A stretch of 64,000 nucleotides of DNA, from positions 22,940,001 through 23,004,000 of the forward strand of contig NC_045138.2 in assembly GCF_008831285.2 (NCBI RefSeq), in the 5' to 3' direction. This document shows, in pieces, positions 39,706-51,939 of this stretch. Both the position numbers and the translations under genes were made by a program. This stretch comes from Nymphaea colorata (Eukaryota). Under the pieces are notes generated by a model. That model was not told where the DNA came from. It was given only the letters and a program-made list of their open reading frames with translations, and did no database searches. How positions within the stretch are numbered: position 1 is the first letter of the stretch; each line of letters starts with the position of its first letter.

Positions 39706-41797
39706 TAGGGGTGCACAACGAGTCGAGTTACTCGAACTTGACTCGTAAGTGTAAACGAGCTGCTTCATTAGTTAAACGAGTCGAGCTCGAGTTCACGAGT
39801 CAACTCGTTTAACTAATCGAGTCGAGCTCGAGTTCACTTTGCGAACTCGTTAAAGCTCGACTCGGCTCGATTAACATACCGGTTTTAAAAAACTGGTTCA
39901 ACTGTCTCACTTCACTAGTCACGACTCACTTCTTCTCAAGTGGGAACGGGAAAGGGTTTTTTTTCGTTCTAGGGTTTGTTTCGTTCTCCCTCTCTCTCTC
40001 CGACTCCGACTCTCCCTCTCTGGCCTCTTGCCTCGGTGTCTCCGACTTCTCCTTCTCCGCCTGTGCTCCCGCTTTGCTTCACTGCTTCACTGCTTCACTG
40101 TGCTTCTTCTCCGCCTGTGCTCTGCGCTCCTGCTGCCCTGCGTCAGTGTGCTCTCCGCCTCTCTGCTTCTCCAGTGAGTCAATGATATCCAACTCAAAGG
40201 CAGCGCATCCTGTGCCGAAGGTCGCATCTCTCTCTCTCTCTCTGTTTCCGTCTCTCTCTCTTTCTTGGTTGCTCTATGACTTGTAATGTCTAAACCCGTG
40301 TTTGATGGGCCATTCTCTCCTTCTCTGGTGTTCTGTAGCTGCTCCGGAGACCTGTCGCCGTTCTGGTGACCTGCTGGCTGCTGCTTTGATCAACATTCTT
40401 TCAGGTACCTTCCTTCGAGCCCCTACCTGTCTCTCTCTTTCTCACACACACAGTAACACAAGTGCATATTATATTACGTGCGTATTCTTACTCGTTTTTT
40501 TCTTTTCTTCTTCCTTTCTCTACTTCTTCCTCCTGTTCTTTCCTTCTTTTACTGATTTAAATACTGTTGTGCTGTTTATATCTTCTAGTGTATTGTTTGT
40601 GCTGTTTATATCTTCTAGTGTTTTCTTCAAAACTGAAACATTGGTTTGCTCTCAATGCTTGTTTCTTGTCAGAAACTGAGCATATTGCTCAGATCAGGGG
40701 GGCATTGGGTTTTATTCCCAATGTACTAGGGCTTCTTTCTGGAGATGCTACAAGCCTGCAAGTCTGCAACCACTGTGTCTAATGCCTATAAATTTTGATT
40801 GTCCTGCTTCCATCTTTTAATCCTCTATTAAGCTGTTTTACTCTTTTGAAACATCAGGTTTATCTCTTGGGAACTGAGATTACATCTGTGCATAAGTGAA
40901 CATGGAAAGCACTTGTATATTTGACTAATAAGAGAGACTCGTTCAAGGCCTTTTTGATAGGAAAATCTGCTTAAATTTTGGGCTTTTACTTTTCAGAGAG
41001 GAATTCTCTCATGCATTATTACTGTTCAAGTAAACTTGGGTGTCATGCCCCAAGATTAACGTGAATAGATTAGATACTAATTTTTTTAGTGCTAGGACCT
41101 GGGAGTTGGCATAATTGCTGATTTCATGTATTATGACCTTCTAATCTGATTACCTTTTCAATAAAGGATTGTCAATATCAATAATAAGCTTTTTAATCTT
41201 AGGAGAGTATTTTGTTTTGGTTACAAGTTAAGCAATTACAGGATGTGGAGTCACCTGATGTGATTGTTCAATCTTGCAATCTGGTGCTTGAATGCAATCT
41301 TGGTGTTGGTGGGCTTTTAAAAGTGCACCTATTTATTGGTTTATGCAATAATTTGAATGCTTTCATCTATCTTTGCTATGAGCTTTATATTCACTGCAAT
41401 TACAGCGAGATATCTTTGTTCTACTTCCGACATTTTTCTGTCTTGGTCTCTGTCATTATTTTCTTCGTCCATTCGCCATGGTTGCCTACCATTAAAAAGA
41501 AACTATTCTTGAAAAACTACAGAAATGAGTAATATTAATCGAGCTCACGAGTTCGAGCCTTATCGAGCTTCACCTATTCAAGCTGTAGTCGAGCTCGAGT
41601 TCAACAAGTTAGGAGGATGCAAGTAAACGAGCTTAATCGAGCCGAGCTCGAGCTCGACCATTGACTATCGAGTCGAGTTCGAGCCAGGATAGTCGAGCTA
41701 TAATCGAGTTCGAGTCGAGTCGAGCTCGTGTCTTATTTAGTTGAGCCGAGTTTGAGCTGACCGAGCTCGGGCTCGACTCGGCTCGTGTTCAGCCCTA
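39706..41797. mobile_element. Non-autonomous hAT element, 2092 bp
   Basis: Perfect 8-bp TSD TTGGTATC (39698-39705, 41798-41805); TIRs TAGGGGTGCA / TTCAGCCCTA; dense TCGAGC/GCTCGA subterminal repeats at both ends. Confidence 0.9.
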
Positions 41798-44700
41798 TTG
41801 GTATCGGCTTATACGTATTCTTTTCATTTTATACTCCAAGGTTCCATGTCAATGCAAATTTATTGAATCATGTTTGGAAGCGTCCATCTCTTTAATCCAC
41901 AAAATGAAAATAGAACGCAGTTCAATCGGCTTCAAATATGGCTGACATATTAATTCCATGGTATTATTTTGGAGGGTGATTTACCTCAACCTGGTTCGTA
42001 TCCAATGCTATTCAAATAATGGCCACCACTTTAACTCCTCTCCTTTCCTTCTTTTTTTTGTTTTTTAAAAAAATGTTTTGTTATAGGAATCACTCAAAGT
42101 GCAAGTTGACAAAATCTATTATTCCCGGATTGTAGGGGCCGTTTGATGGATTGAAAACTTGAAATTAAAAAATATTTTTGAAAATAAATTTTTTAGAATA
42201 AATGAATGAAAAAGATCTTTTCGATTCATGTGCCTGTCATTACCATTTTTATGTGTGTATTTTTATGTGTGTGTGTTATGACTAAGAAATAAATTTTCAA
42301 AAAATTATTTTTTGTGTTTGATAATAAAAAAACATATTATAAAAAAATTATTTCTTTGTTTGATAACAAAAAAACAGGAAATCTCGAAACGAGTCCTATA
42401 TAACCTGCGCACACTCAGTTCCACCAGGACCAAGGTTGTCAAGGCCAAAGAAATCGTATAGTTGAATCTATTGCAAACTGTTCTAGGTTTTGCAAGCAAT
42501 CAGCTGGAACTGAAAGCACACCGATACAGTTAATCAGCACTATTGTTAAAAGGAATTCTCCTGAAACAATATACATATTGTCTGTTCGTATCATCTTGGA
42601 AAGGTTTTGAATATTTATGACCTACATTTTAAAAGGCTTGGCATTTGGATGTCATATTATTAATAATCTGTATAACAGTATGACCTTCCCAAGCCTAATT
42701 TTCAAATCGAATACACCGTCTGACAAACCCTCTGTTCTCCATCTCTCCCTACTCTCCTATGTTATGCTTCCTTTCTGCCACCGGCCCACCGCCATTGCCT
42801 TGTAGCCTTGGCCGCCATCGTTTTCCCCTTTTATCGTATTCTTCTTCTACTCTCCCTCCCTCCTTCATCTTGTTTTTCTCTTCTGGCATTGTCCCCTCTT
42901 TCTTCACAAAAAATTCAAGAAGAATCAACTGAAAAGAATCCGACTACCTCAAAATTAAAAAAGAAAGAGGAAGTTGGTCCTCCCCACAACCCGAAGGATC
43001 TCACGCAGAGGCCCTATTCAACCATTGCAAATCGAACCATCCCGACGCCCCCGCCCTCAAGCTCGTCGTCCTCCGTCAGTCGTCGCCGCAGCCGGAGCTC
43101 CGGGCGATAGCAGCAATCCTCCTCCGCAAGAAGAATCACCCGCGACGGTTCCTTCATCTGGCCATCCCTTTCCGCCCAGACTCAGGCGAACATCAATTTC
43201 CAGACGATCGACTCTCCCTTTGAGCGAGAGCAGCTTCAGCAGAAAATAGACGCGAGGAGGAGTAACGGTCAAAAACATAATTCCGAAATATTTTTTCACC
43301 CCTCACGGTGAAAAGATGCGTCTGAAAAAAAAATTGCGGAAACGATGTCAACGGTTATAAATAATTTTCCACGTTTTTTGAGTTGAAAAAATTTTAAAAA
43401 TAAAAAAAAATCTTGTTCAACAGTGTATTTTCAGCACACCAAAATAGAGATGTCACTAAATCGGAGTTGAATGTCCCTTTCGATGTTCAGATATTCAAAA
43501 ACTTGTGTCATATTTGGTATTTGATTCACATATGAAAGACCTTAGAACCAAATCCAAAATACAACGTTTTAAATATATGGACATTAGACAAAGATATTTA
43601 TCTAAACTAAATTAATTTGATTTCAATCCAAAGACCAATTCCAACTAGATATTACTCAAATATGAATGTGAACCTCAACGCTATTGTATCTCATTTCATA
43701 ACCTACCTTCAAATCCAATTCGATTTCTTAATCGAATCTCAAAATTTTTTCTTTTTCTATATCCGATTTGCTTGAAGGAGCTTGGTTGGATATCAGATCT
43801 AAATTAGATATGCTGACATCCTTGGTGAGAAGGAGAAGCTGCTGCCAGCTAACCTTTGTCACACACTGAAACGACATTTCAATGGCAAAATGTCGTTTGA
43901 TGCATTTATATTGACAGTTCTGTTCCAAGAGGCTTCCTTTGTTAATTGATTCCTCATTTTATTTTTATCTTGAAGAAAAACATCAAAAACTAAGAAAAAA
44001 ATGAAAATATGATATTTAGTTTGTGGCTTATTGGGTGGGGGCACAATGCATGTACGAAGATCTAAAAAATAAGTGTTTATTTTGTCCCCACAAATTGCGA
44101 AACTTCAATGTTTTTTCAATCAAGAAAACCACTCATAAAATCAAAGTGGTCTTCTAATTTTTGCCGTCCTAATTTATTAATGACAACTGTGTACATGTAT
44201 ATGAGTCCACGTTGGGGTTTATTTACTTCATTTACTATCATGAATAGGAAATAAGAACGAAAGCCTCATTCCTTTCCCTCTCCAAGAACCAGAGCTCCAT
44301 TCACCGTAGCTTCTTAACAACAAAGGTCAAGACTATTCAAAAAAATAATTTTGACGAACGCCCACACGTTTGGACGTTACCTGGTTTTGCTGAAAAGGTC
44401 TCTTGGTAAGTTTTCGTTTTTAGACTTGTGGTTTTAATCATCCTTGTTCATGAGCCTTGTGGTTTCAATCGTTCTTAGTCATGAGATAAACTGTGTTGTC
44501 TGTCTTAATCCAAGATTATACTTTTCAATCTCCGCTATCAAGTCATGGCTTCCTACTTAATATACTTAATATAGCGGAAATTCTGCTGTTAGCGCTCTTC
44601 ATTTTGTTACTGCTATCCGCTCACTAAAATAATTGTACATGCCATCTTCTTCTCCCATCCAAATAAACTTAAATTCGCCTTTTGTAACTGGACATAGGGC

Positions 44701-44952
44701 CTCAGACCGGGTTCTGGCGGCAGGTGGCCCCTTGAGGGCCCAACAAGATCCAACCATAAAATGCGCGCGGGGCTCGAATTTTCCCTCTCGTAGGTCTCAC
44801 TCACTTCTCTCTCTCTCTCTCTCCATCTCCCCTCCGAGTTTCTGTCGATTGTCAACCGTCGTCCGTCGAGTGGGCGGCAGCGGTGCCCTTGATAACCCAG
44901 GTCAGGTGTCGGTTGCCTAACATCCTCGCCGGCCTGCAAGTAATCTCTTCCT

Positions 44953-44962
<10 letters not shown>

Positions 44963-45027
<65 letters not shown>
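44963..45027. repeat. (CT)n(GT)n microsatellite
   Basis: Directly visible; homologous to the (GA)n at 55339-55439. Confidence 0.95.
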
Positions 45028-45028
<1 letters not shown>

Positions 45029-45902
45029 TATTGTTTACTGTTTGGTTATTAGCATCAAGAATTTCTTACCTCCTTTTCTCCCCTTGTTATGCTATTTGTG
45101 TTTGCTGCTTATAATTTTTGGCTTCCAAAACAGTTTATTATTTTCCCTTTGATGTGTGAATTGCTATTGTTCGTTGTTTTTGCATATTCGTATGTTGAGT
45201 TTCACGTCGTTTTTCTATGAAACAAGTGATGAAATGTTCCTGGAATTACGGCATGGAAACGCGATGTTTATTTTCGCTTTAACTGTGAAAGGCCTCTTGA
45301 ATTCCCTCGAACCTTTGGTTGGCTCGACCTTTCTAAGAAGGTGTTTGTTTGGTAGATGCTCACATATTTTTGTAGTCAGGATTGAGGCAGTGATGGAAGT
45401 TCTTGCTGTAACTTTCTGGAGAAGTTGGAAAGATATGCTTCCAAGCTGGAGCTTGAGAATACAAGCTTGTTGACAGAAATTTGCTATTTGTTTTAGAGAA
45501 ACATCCAATCTAAAGACTACTTGTTGCTGTTAGAGATTAGATGTTTTCATAAGTTTTCAACAAACACTTCACACTTGGTATATTACATGAAATAACAACC
45601 TTTAAAAGGGTTGTTTGCTTTATACAATACATGTCCTTAGTAAATAAATGATGTTGCATTATATATAGTATTTAAAATGTTGTGGAGAAGACTTGCTTCA
45701 TATTCCTTTCTCAATTCCCCTCGTGTGATGTTTCCTCATTTTGCATGCTACCTTTTTTCCAACCTTGTATAGAATTACTGATGCGCATATTCCTACAAAC
45801 TTGGAAGCAAATAATATAACTGCATATGAATATGCAGAGGTGAAATTTTAGTTTTAATCTTTTATATCTATATGCACATGCGATGAACGCGATGAACTGT
45901 AA

Positions 45903-46320
45903 GGGTATGTTTGGATGTATGGATTTTAATAGATAGAAAGAAACGAAAATGAAAAAAACTACTAAAAAAGTCTCTTTGGATAGGAAAAAAAAGAAATATA
46001 AAAAATTAGGAAATAATTTAACTTAATTGACAAAAGTATCTTTAACGCCCCTTCCATTATAATGGTTGGAATTCTCTCTCTCTCATTTGCTTTTTCTCTC
46101 TTTCTTCTTCTTATCTCTCCAATTAAACAAACAATGAAACTAAGAGGAAATACCAATTGAAAAGAGAAACCTCGGGCATAGGAAAATCTTGACACTGAAG
46201 TAATTAAAAAAAAAAAGTGCACTAAATCGTAAAAGAATTAGAAAAACTCACTTACTTTTTTAATAGATAGAAAAGACAGGCTTAAATTTGACATGTTATA
46301 TTTTCATGCCAAACACGTTA
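45903..46320. mobile_element. Tourist/PIF-type MITE upstream of MADS copy 1 (homologues at about 54357-54607 and 60750-61078)
   Basis: TAA|GGGTATGTTTGG left end; degenerate CCAAACACGTTA|TAA right end. Confidence 0.5.
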
Positions 46321-47337
46321 TAAAAGTCAGCTTCATAAACACAGTGAATTAAAAAAAAAATATCAATTAACGTGCATTTCTTAATTTGTTTATTTTACAC
46401 CTGATTGGTGCATGTCTCCATGCATACATAACATGAATAATGGACATTTTTTATTTTGTTTATTAATTCGATCTTCGGAAGACAACTTACCGGCCAACTA
46501 ACTGAATACATAATTGAAAGAGGTTTATTTATATTAAATTCATTTATTGAAAGAAGCAGATAAAAGCTGGTTATGAGCTCATAAAAGCAACTGATATTGA
46601 ACTGAAATATTCTGCATTATTTATTTGAATTACTACCTTGAAGTTTTGCTTTACCAGAGGCATGTTACATCCATCAACTAGTGCACTCCCACCCAAGTTC
46701 ATAAGTGAAAGAAAGAAAGGATGCATCCGTGAGAGGGAGGCATGACCATGACTGCTGCCCCTCTAAAATAAATAATCAGTATATATATATATAAAAAGGG
46801 AAGAAAAGAAACTTGGAGAAAGGGAAGAGTTAGTACATAGATATAAAAACAAGATGATTATAATAATTTAACAAGAAATCAATCAACTTAAAGCAATAAT
46901 ATGCATATGATTTTGGATAGTTTTTAACCGTGTGGATTTATCCTCTCCCTTCCTACTTCCTACAGAGTAGCATATCACATTCACATTATAACGAACCAAA
47001 GTTGGATCCCATTTATCCCACCCCGAAAGAAGAAAAAAATAAAACAAAACTTATTTTACCTGCCAACATTGGGAAGAGTTAATATCCATCAGATTTTGAA
47101 AGATCTTAAAAAGCAGGAAATTAGGGCAATCAAATCTCAAAACCTGGAGTGACAGGTCTCTCCTCCTTCCATAAATCAACTCCGTGTGAGAGCATTTTGA
47201 AACGGCAAGTTGGTAACATCGTGCTTCTTACATTTCCTTCCTTAAATCTCTTGCACTGCTCTTTCTTTACAACAGTATATGAAGGTAACCATGCCTTATT
47301 CAGGTGGGACGCCTCCAAATCGAAACCCAGCGAAGGC

Positions 47338-48261
47338 ATGGGTCGAGCGAAGCTGCCCATACGACTCATCAACCCCGAGCGATCTCGCCACGCCACCTTC
47401 ACCAAGCGGAAAAGGGGCCTCAAGAAGAAGATATTCGAGTTTGCCACCCTCTGCGACGTCGATGCGTGCATGATCATCTACGGCTCGGCCGCCGGGTCCG
47501 CCCCCGAGACGTGGCCGGAGGATCCGACGGAGGTGCGACGGATCATCGAGCGGTTCGGGAAGGCGCCGGCGGAGGAGCGCGACAAGCGACGGGTGGACGT
47601 CTCGGCTTTCCTCACCACGAAGAACAAGAAGCTGCAGGCGGAGCTGGAGAGGAAGAGGGAGGAGAACGCGGAGCTTGCGTCGCTGCTGCTGTGGAACCGC
47701 ACGAGCTTGGACGCCATGGACCTCGACACCGTTCTAGGGATCGAACGGAGATTGCATGCAAAGATCACGGCAGTCCATGAGAGGATCGAAAGCCTGAGGA
47801 GAAATGTTGTGAAGCGGGAAGATGAATGCAGCCAATTGGAAATGCCGATCAAGGGCGAGTTTTCTCAACATCATCATCATCATCATCGGTTGGAGTACGT
47901 GCCCCCGCTACACTACGGCATCCCTCCTTCCTTCATTGTTCCTCCTCTGCAACTGCAAGCTCAACCCCTGGCCCTGCCACAAGGAGGAAATGCTTGTTAC
48001 CATCCTGTTGCATCCAGCGGTCAAGGCATGAGTCTGGTGGATCCGCTTCCTTTCGGCCCTGCACCGGATTACTGCAAGAGTATAATGGATCCAATTCTTT
48101 TCGGTCATGAGCCCGATTACTGCAGCTATTTGGACCCGATACCTAGCTTTTTGCCAGGGACGTACGACGGTATGCCCGTTTCTTTTTCTGCGATGGAAGA
48201 TCTGGATCCCCTAACGGGCCCACTAAGCAACTCGGACCCGATCCAGGGGTTTGAAGACTAG
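47338..48261 (+). CDS. Type I MADS-box transcription factor (Mbeta, AGL82/AGL103-like), copy 1, single coding exon, 307 aa
   Basis: MGRAKLPIRLINPERSRHATFTKRKRGLKKKIFEFATLCDVDACMIIYG...PETWPEDPTEVRRIIERF is an SRF-like MADS domain with the WP motif. It is followed by a coiled-coil-like segment, a His6 tract and a Pro-rich tail. There is no K-box and no coding intron. The subfamily call is from motif recollection, not a phylogeny. Confidence 0.93.
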   Translation: MGRAKLPIRLINPERSRHATFTKRKRGLKKKIFEFATLCDVDACMIIYGSAAGSAPETWPEDPTEVRRIIERFGKAPAEERDKRRVDVSAFLTTKNKKLQAELERKREENAELASLLLWNRTSLDAMDLDTVLGIERRLHAKITAVHERIESLRRNVVKREDECSQLEMPIKGEFSQHHHHHHRLEYVPPLHYGIPPSFIVPPLQLQAQPLALPQGGNACYHPVASSGQGMSLVDPLPFGPAPDYCKSIMDPILFGHEPDYCSYLDPIPSFLPGTYDGMPVSFSAMEDLDPLTGPLSNSDPIQGFED

Positions 48262-50994
48262 GGATATACGATATCATGGAACCGCTTTGGTGGCTTGATT
48301 TCTTTGATCGCGATTCGTTTTGATAACACGACTGACTTCATTAATTTTGTCACGTAATATGCTTTATTACATTCTTTGTTTTGGGTTTTGGGTATGCCAT
48401 TTTGTGTTATTGAGGGAAATTTCTCTCCATGCTTGGCAGCCCATTCATTGTCATCAAAGAAATAAATTTTGTAAAAATTTAACTTTTATGTCTCTTTTTT
48501 TATTATTTGAATCTACGGCAGTCCCATCCAATTCATGCATGTTGTTATGTTGCTTTCAGCAGGAGGAAACCTTATTCGAACTAAATTCTTAATTTCAGAA
48601 ATAAAAACCCATTTTTACTTGAAAAAAATAGGTTAAGATAGTAGCAGTTTTTCCTCGCCTTCTTCCAATCTTAATCTTGGTTTGGTCCGATGAATCACTT
48701 TTTCTTATTGGCGCCAAACTAATTTTCTCAGTCAAGCTTTAACTAAAATGCCTCTGGATGCGACCATTTGTTTAACGTCATGGGTCCGGACCAACAAATT
48801 CGATGAAGATGTTGTCTAGGTTCTATTCAAGTCTTGCCAGCAAGATCTTAAAAAGTTAAGAGGAAAGAAAAGTTGCATAAAGAACTAAATAAACCGTGCA
48901 TACCCAATTACAGAACTAATATCAAATCCATTTAATACAGTCTGGTAAAGAAATTCAGATCAGATTCCTAATCAGTTTTATAACCCAGTTTGAATAACTG
49001 GGATCTGATAAAAATATGACCTGATTACATATAAAAGACCGATGTTATATGCGGTCAATTTGAGCTTGAATCAGAGTCTGGAACATTTACGTCCCTAGTA
49101 AAGAGTAGGATTTATTTCGCTTTCTCATGCACGTCCATGGAACATGAAAAGTTTTGAAAATCAGGTTTCTTATAGAATCTTGCCACCACTTCTGCCTTTG
49201 GTGCTTGCTCACAGAGCCTTGGAGTCATGCACCACGATGGGTTATGAAATTCCCAAGCGCTTGTCAACAACCCAGGCCGAGCCCGGTATGCATTTTTTGA
49301 GCCTGAACCCGGTTCTGATCCCAGCCCGATGCCCAACCCTAAAAAAAAAGGTGTGTTGCTGCTGTTAACAATAGAGTTCCACAAGCTATCTGCTATGGAG
49401 GCAGCCGCTCACCAGAGTGGCGACTTTTCTGGTGATCCTTTGGACATGTTAGGTTAGGTAGTGCTCTTAGGTTTAAGTTAATTTTCGTTCATAAAAATTA
49501 AGTAATTTGGATCAGTTAACGTATGTAAAGCCTTTCGGCCAAATGCTGATAGGATCACATGGTTTTATCATTTATGAAGTCGTATGGTCAGAAATTTTGC
49601 ACAATTAAATGTTTAGAGCAAATTAGTTCCTTATGTCAGTAAATATAAAAATGTAAGAGTTTATTTTTTTTCATATTTCTATGGATATATAACTATGTTT
49701 TTTCCCTATGTATTCTAAATTTATACTTATGAATATTGTTTTCCCAATTTATCAAAATTAAAAAGTTAATCATTTAATATAACCTTGTCAAGCTATACTG
49801 AACTTGCTGACATTCATTTACTTTCTTCTTCGAAAAAAGTGATCATCCAACACATTTGATATTAATAATAAAACTATGAAGCAAGAAAGTATTATATAAA
49901 AATGATGAAGGACATTGAAATTAACATAAAATAAACTATGTGCTCTTGGCAAAGACAAAAATGTAATTGAAAAAAATACAATTTTAATTTGTCTGCATCG
50001 ATAACCTAATTATTTATGTATTACTCTTTGGTTAAGAGTTTAATTGTTATTGGACATCAGATCTAAAAAATTGCCAGAGGGCAATTTTTTTTTTCTGAAC
50101 TTTAAACCATGCACTTTTGATGTAGCCATACATTGAGAAACCAGTTGCTCATAAATCACAGCCACTACTAGCCAGTTTGTGATTGTTGATCTCCAAATCA
50201 GAACTTGAAATCAACAATCGCATAAAACTTTCTACTTTTTGCAACGGATGTTGATGCCGGTTATAACTAGTTGGTAGTTAATGGACAAAAAATGACGCAA
50301 GCTTGATTTGGTGAATGTTTTTTATCATTACTGTAGCGAAGTTATTGAATTATTATTTAGAAATTTCTTCATGCATACTCACATGATTCACTTTCCCTTT
50401 TCCGACAGGCAAAGAAGATAAAAATGCAAATGAAAGTTGGCAATATGGCCATGTTGGCATGGTTTCTTCTCATATAGAGTTGCAAAATAAAGAGGTTGGC
50501 ATTTATCTTCTATTTTAACAATTTACAGATGAAAATTATGTCCTTGGGGCCTTCAAACGCTGGCAGATTTGTCTCTAAACAACAATTCTCCATCAGCTAT
50601 GGAATCTCGTAAGGTATGTAGTTTGTTTATTATCATGATATTGAAATGGGTGGTACCAATTTATCATTGCCTGATAGACGGTTAGTTGGAACGTTGGATC
50701 ATGGTATCTTCCTACTCTTCTTACTTTGCACAATGCTATACCAATGCATTGTGTATAGCATAGGTAGTTGTTTATGTGCATGAGAATCCTTCTCCTTTCT
50801 CTCCATGTGGTGCTTCTTTGCGTTTGCAATGCGTAACAGACAAGTTTAACCTTTCGCTAGTGTTAGCCTTACGGCTACTAGAGGCTTTCTCACACACTTA
50901 ACTGAGTAGAAGCCCAGCTTCCATGAAAAACAAAGGCAATTTCCTTATGCTAGGATTCAATCTCTGCTGGCTGTTTATATGTACAAGTTCGGAG

Positions 50995-51881
50995 TAGGTC
51001 TGGGCATCGGACCAGGCCGGCCCGCTTAGTGAAAACCATAAACGACCCGGATTTGGATCGGGCCGCCCACTACCCGGCCTGAGTATTAATGGGTCGGGCT
51101 TGGCCGGGTACTGGGCCTAGTAAACCACGTCGGAGGCCCGGCCTGGCCCATTAATACTTGGGCCGATGACGGACGCCGGCGTTCTCCGGATGAAAGGGCG
51201 TCGGGTTCTTTGTGGCTGAAAAGAGGTCGGCTGGCAGGAAATCCGAGAATCCACATGCCGGAGAGCGTTTTGGCGGGGATTGGTGACCGGAGACGGCGAC
51301 AACGAAATGAAGAACAGATCCGACGGAAAAATCGCTCTTCTCAAATAGAAGCTCGTTCAATCGTTGAGTTCAGGGTCGATTCGTGCTACTTGGGATTGAT
51401 CCTGGAGGATCGTGGAAAGCAGGCGATGTCGTCTGAACATTCAATCGCCGGATTCTGCCTAACGTAGAGCCGTCCACCCGCAGCGTTCGGCTTCATCTAC
51501 CGATCGAGGGATCAACTGTCTTCTGTCTTCCACTGGCGTGGCCGAGATCGTGGAACCGGTGTCCCCCCAACGGAATCCTCCAATGACCCTCGCGACGGTG
51601 GTGGTGACGGTGCGGCGGCGGTGGTCGGTGGATCGCACAGGCACAACCGCGCAGTGCAACTCTCTCTCCCTTCCAAATGAAAAGGGAAAAACGAATTCGA
51701 CCTACCACGCCCTAACGGGTCCCAATGGGCCTTGGTTTATAACCCGGATATGCCCCGTTATGATGTTGGGCCGGGCGCAACGGGCGAAATTCCGACGATG
51801 ACAATCCTATACCCTGACCCGAGCCTGTTTCAGGCCGGGTCCCTGGCCCTCGCCAGCGTCCCGACCCGATGCCTACAAGTA
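50995..51881. mobile_element. GGCCCG-rich non-autonomous DNA transposon (hAT-like); truncated counterpart at 56470-57015
   Basis: Ends TAGGTCTGGGCATCGG and CCGATGCCTACAAGTA; dense GGCCCG/CGGGCC subterminal repeats; no TSD found. Confidence 0.55.
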
Positions 51882-51939
51882 TCACACATCTGGGGCTTAG
51901 TAACTCCATGCTTAACTTGGATGGACTAATCCACTCTAC

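Larger units (their letters stand above)
43782..51748 (+). repeat. Left arm of large inverted duplication
   Basis: Reverse-complement matches throughout, e.g. 43782 TTGGTTGGATATCAGATCTAAATTAG with 64000, and 51715-51748 ACGGGTCCCAATGGGCCTTGGTTTATAACCCGGA with 56470-56503. Confidence 0.95.

Noticed and set aside
42780..43300. GC-rich island with 80-100 aa ORFs
   Set aside because: No recognisable domain or spliceable continuation; low-complexity translations.
47130..47852. Long antisense and alternate-frame ORFs over the MADS CDS (mirrored at 59866-60675)
   Set aside because: Expected shadows of a GC-rich coding region; their conservation just reflects the duplication.
47871..47888. His6 run, (CAT)6, resembling an affinity tag
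   Set aside because: Natural trinucleotide repeat present in both paralogs; no vector context.
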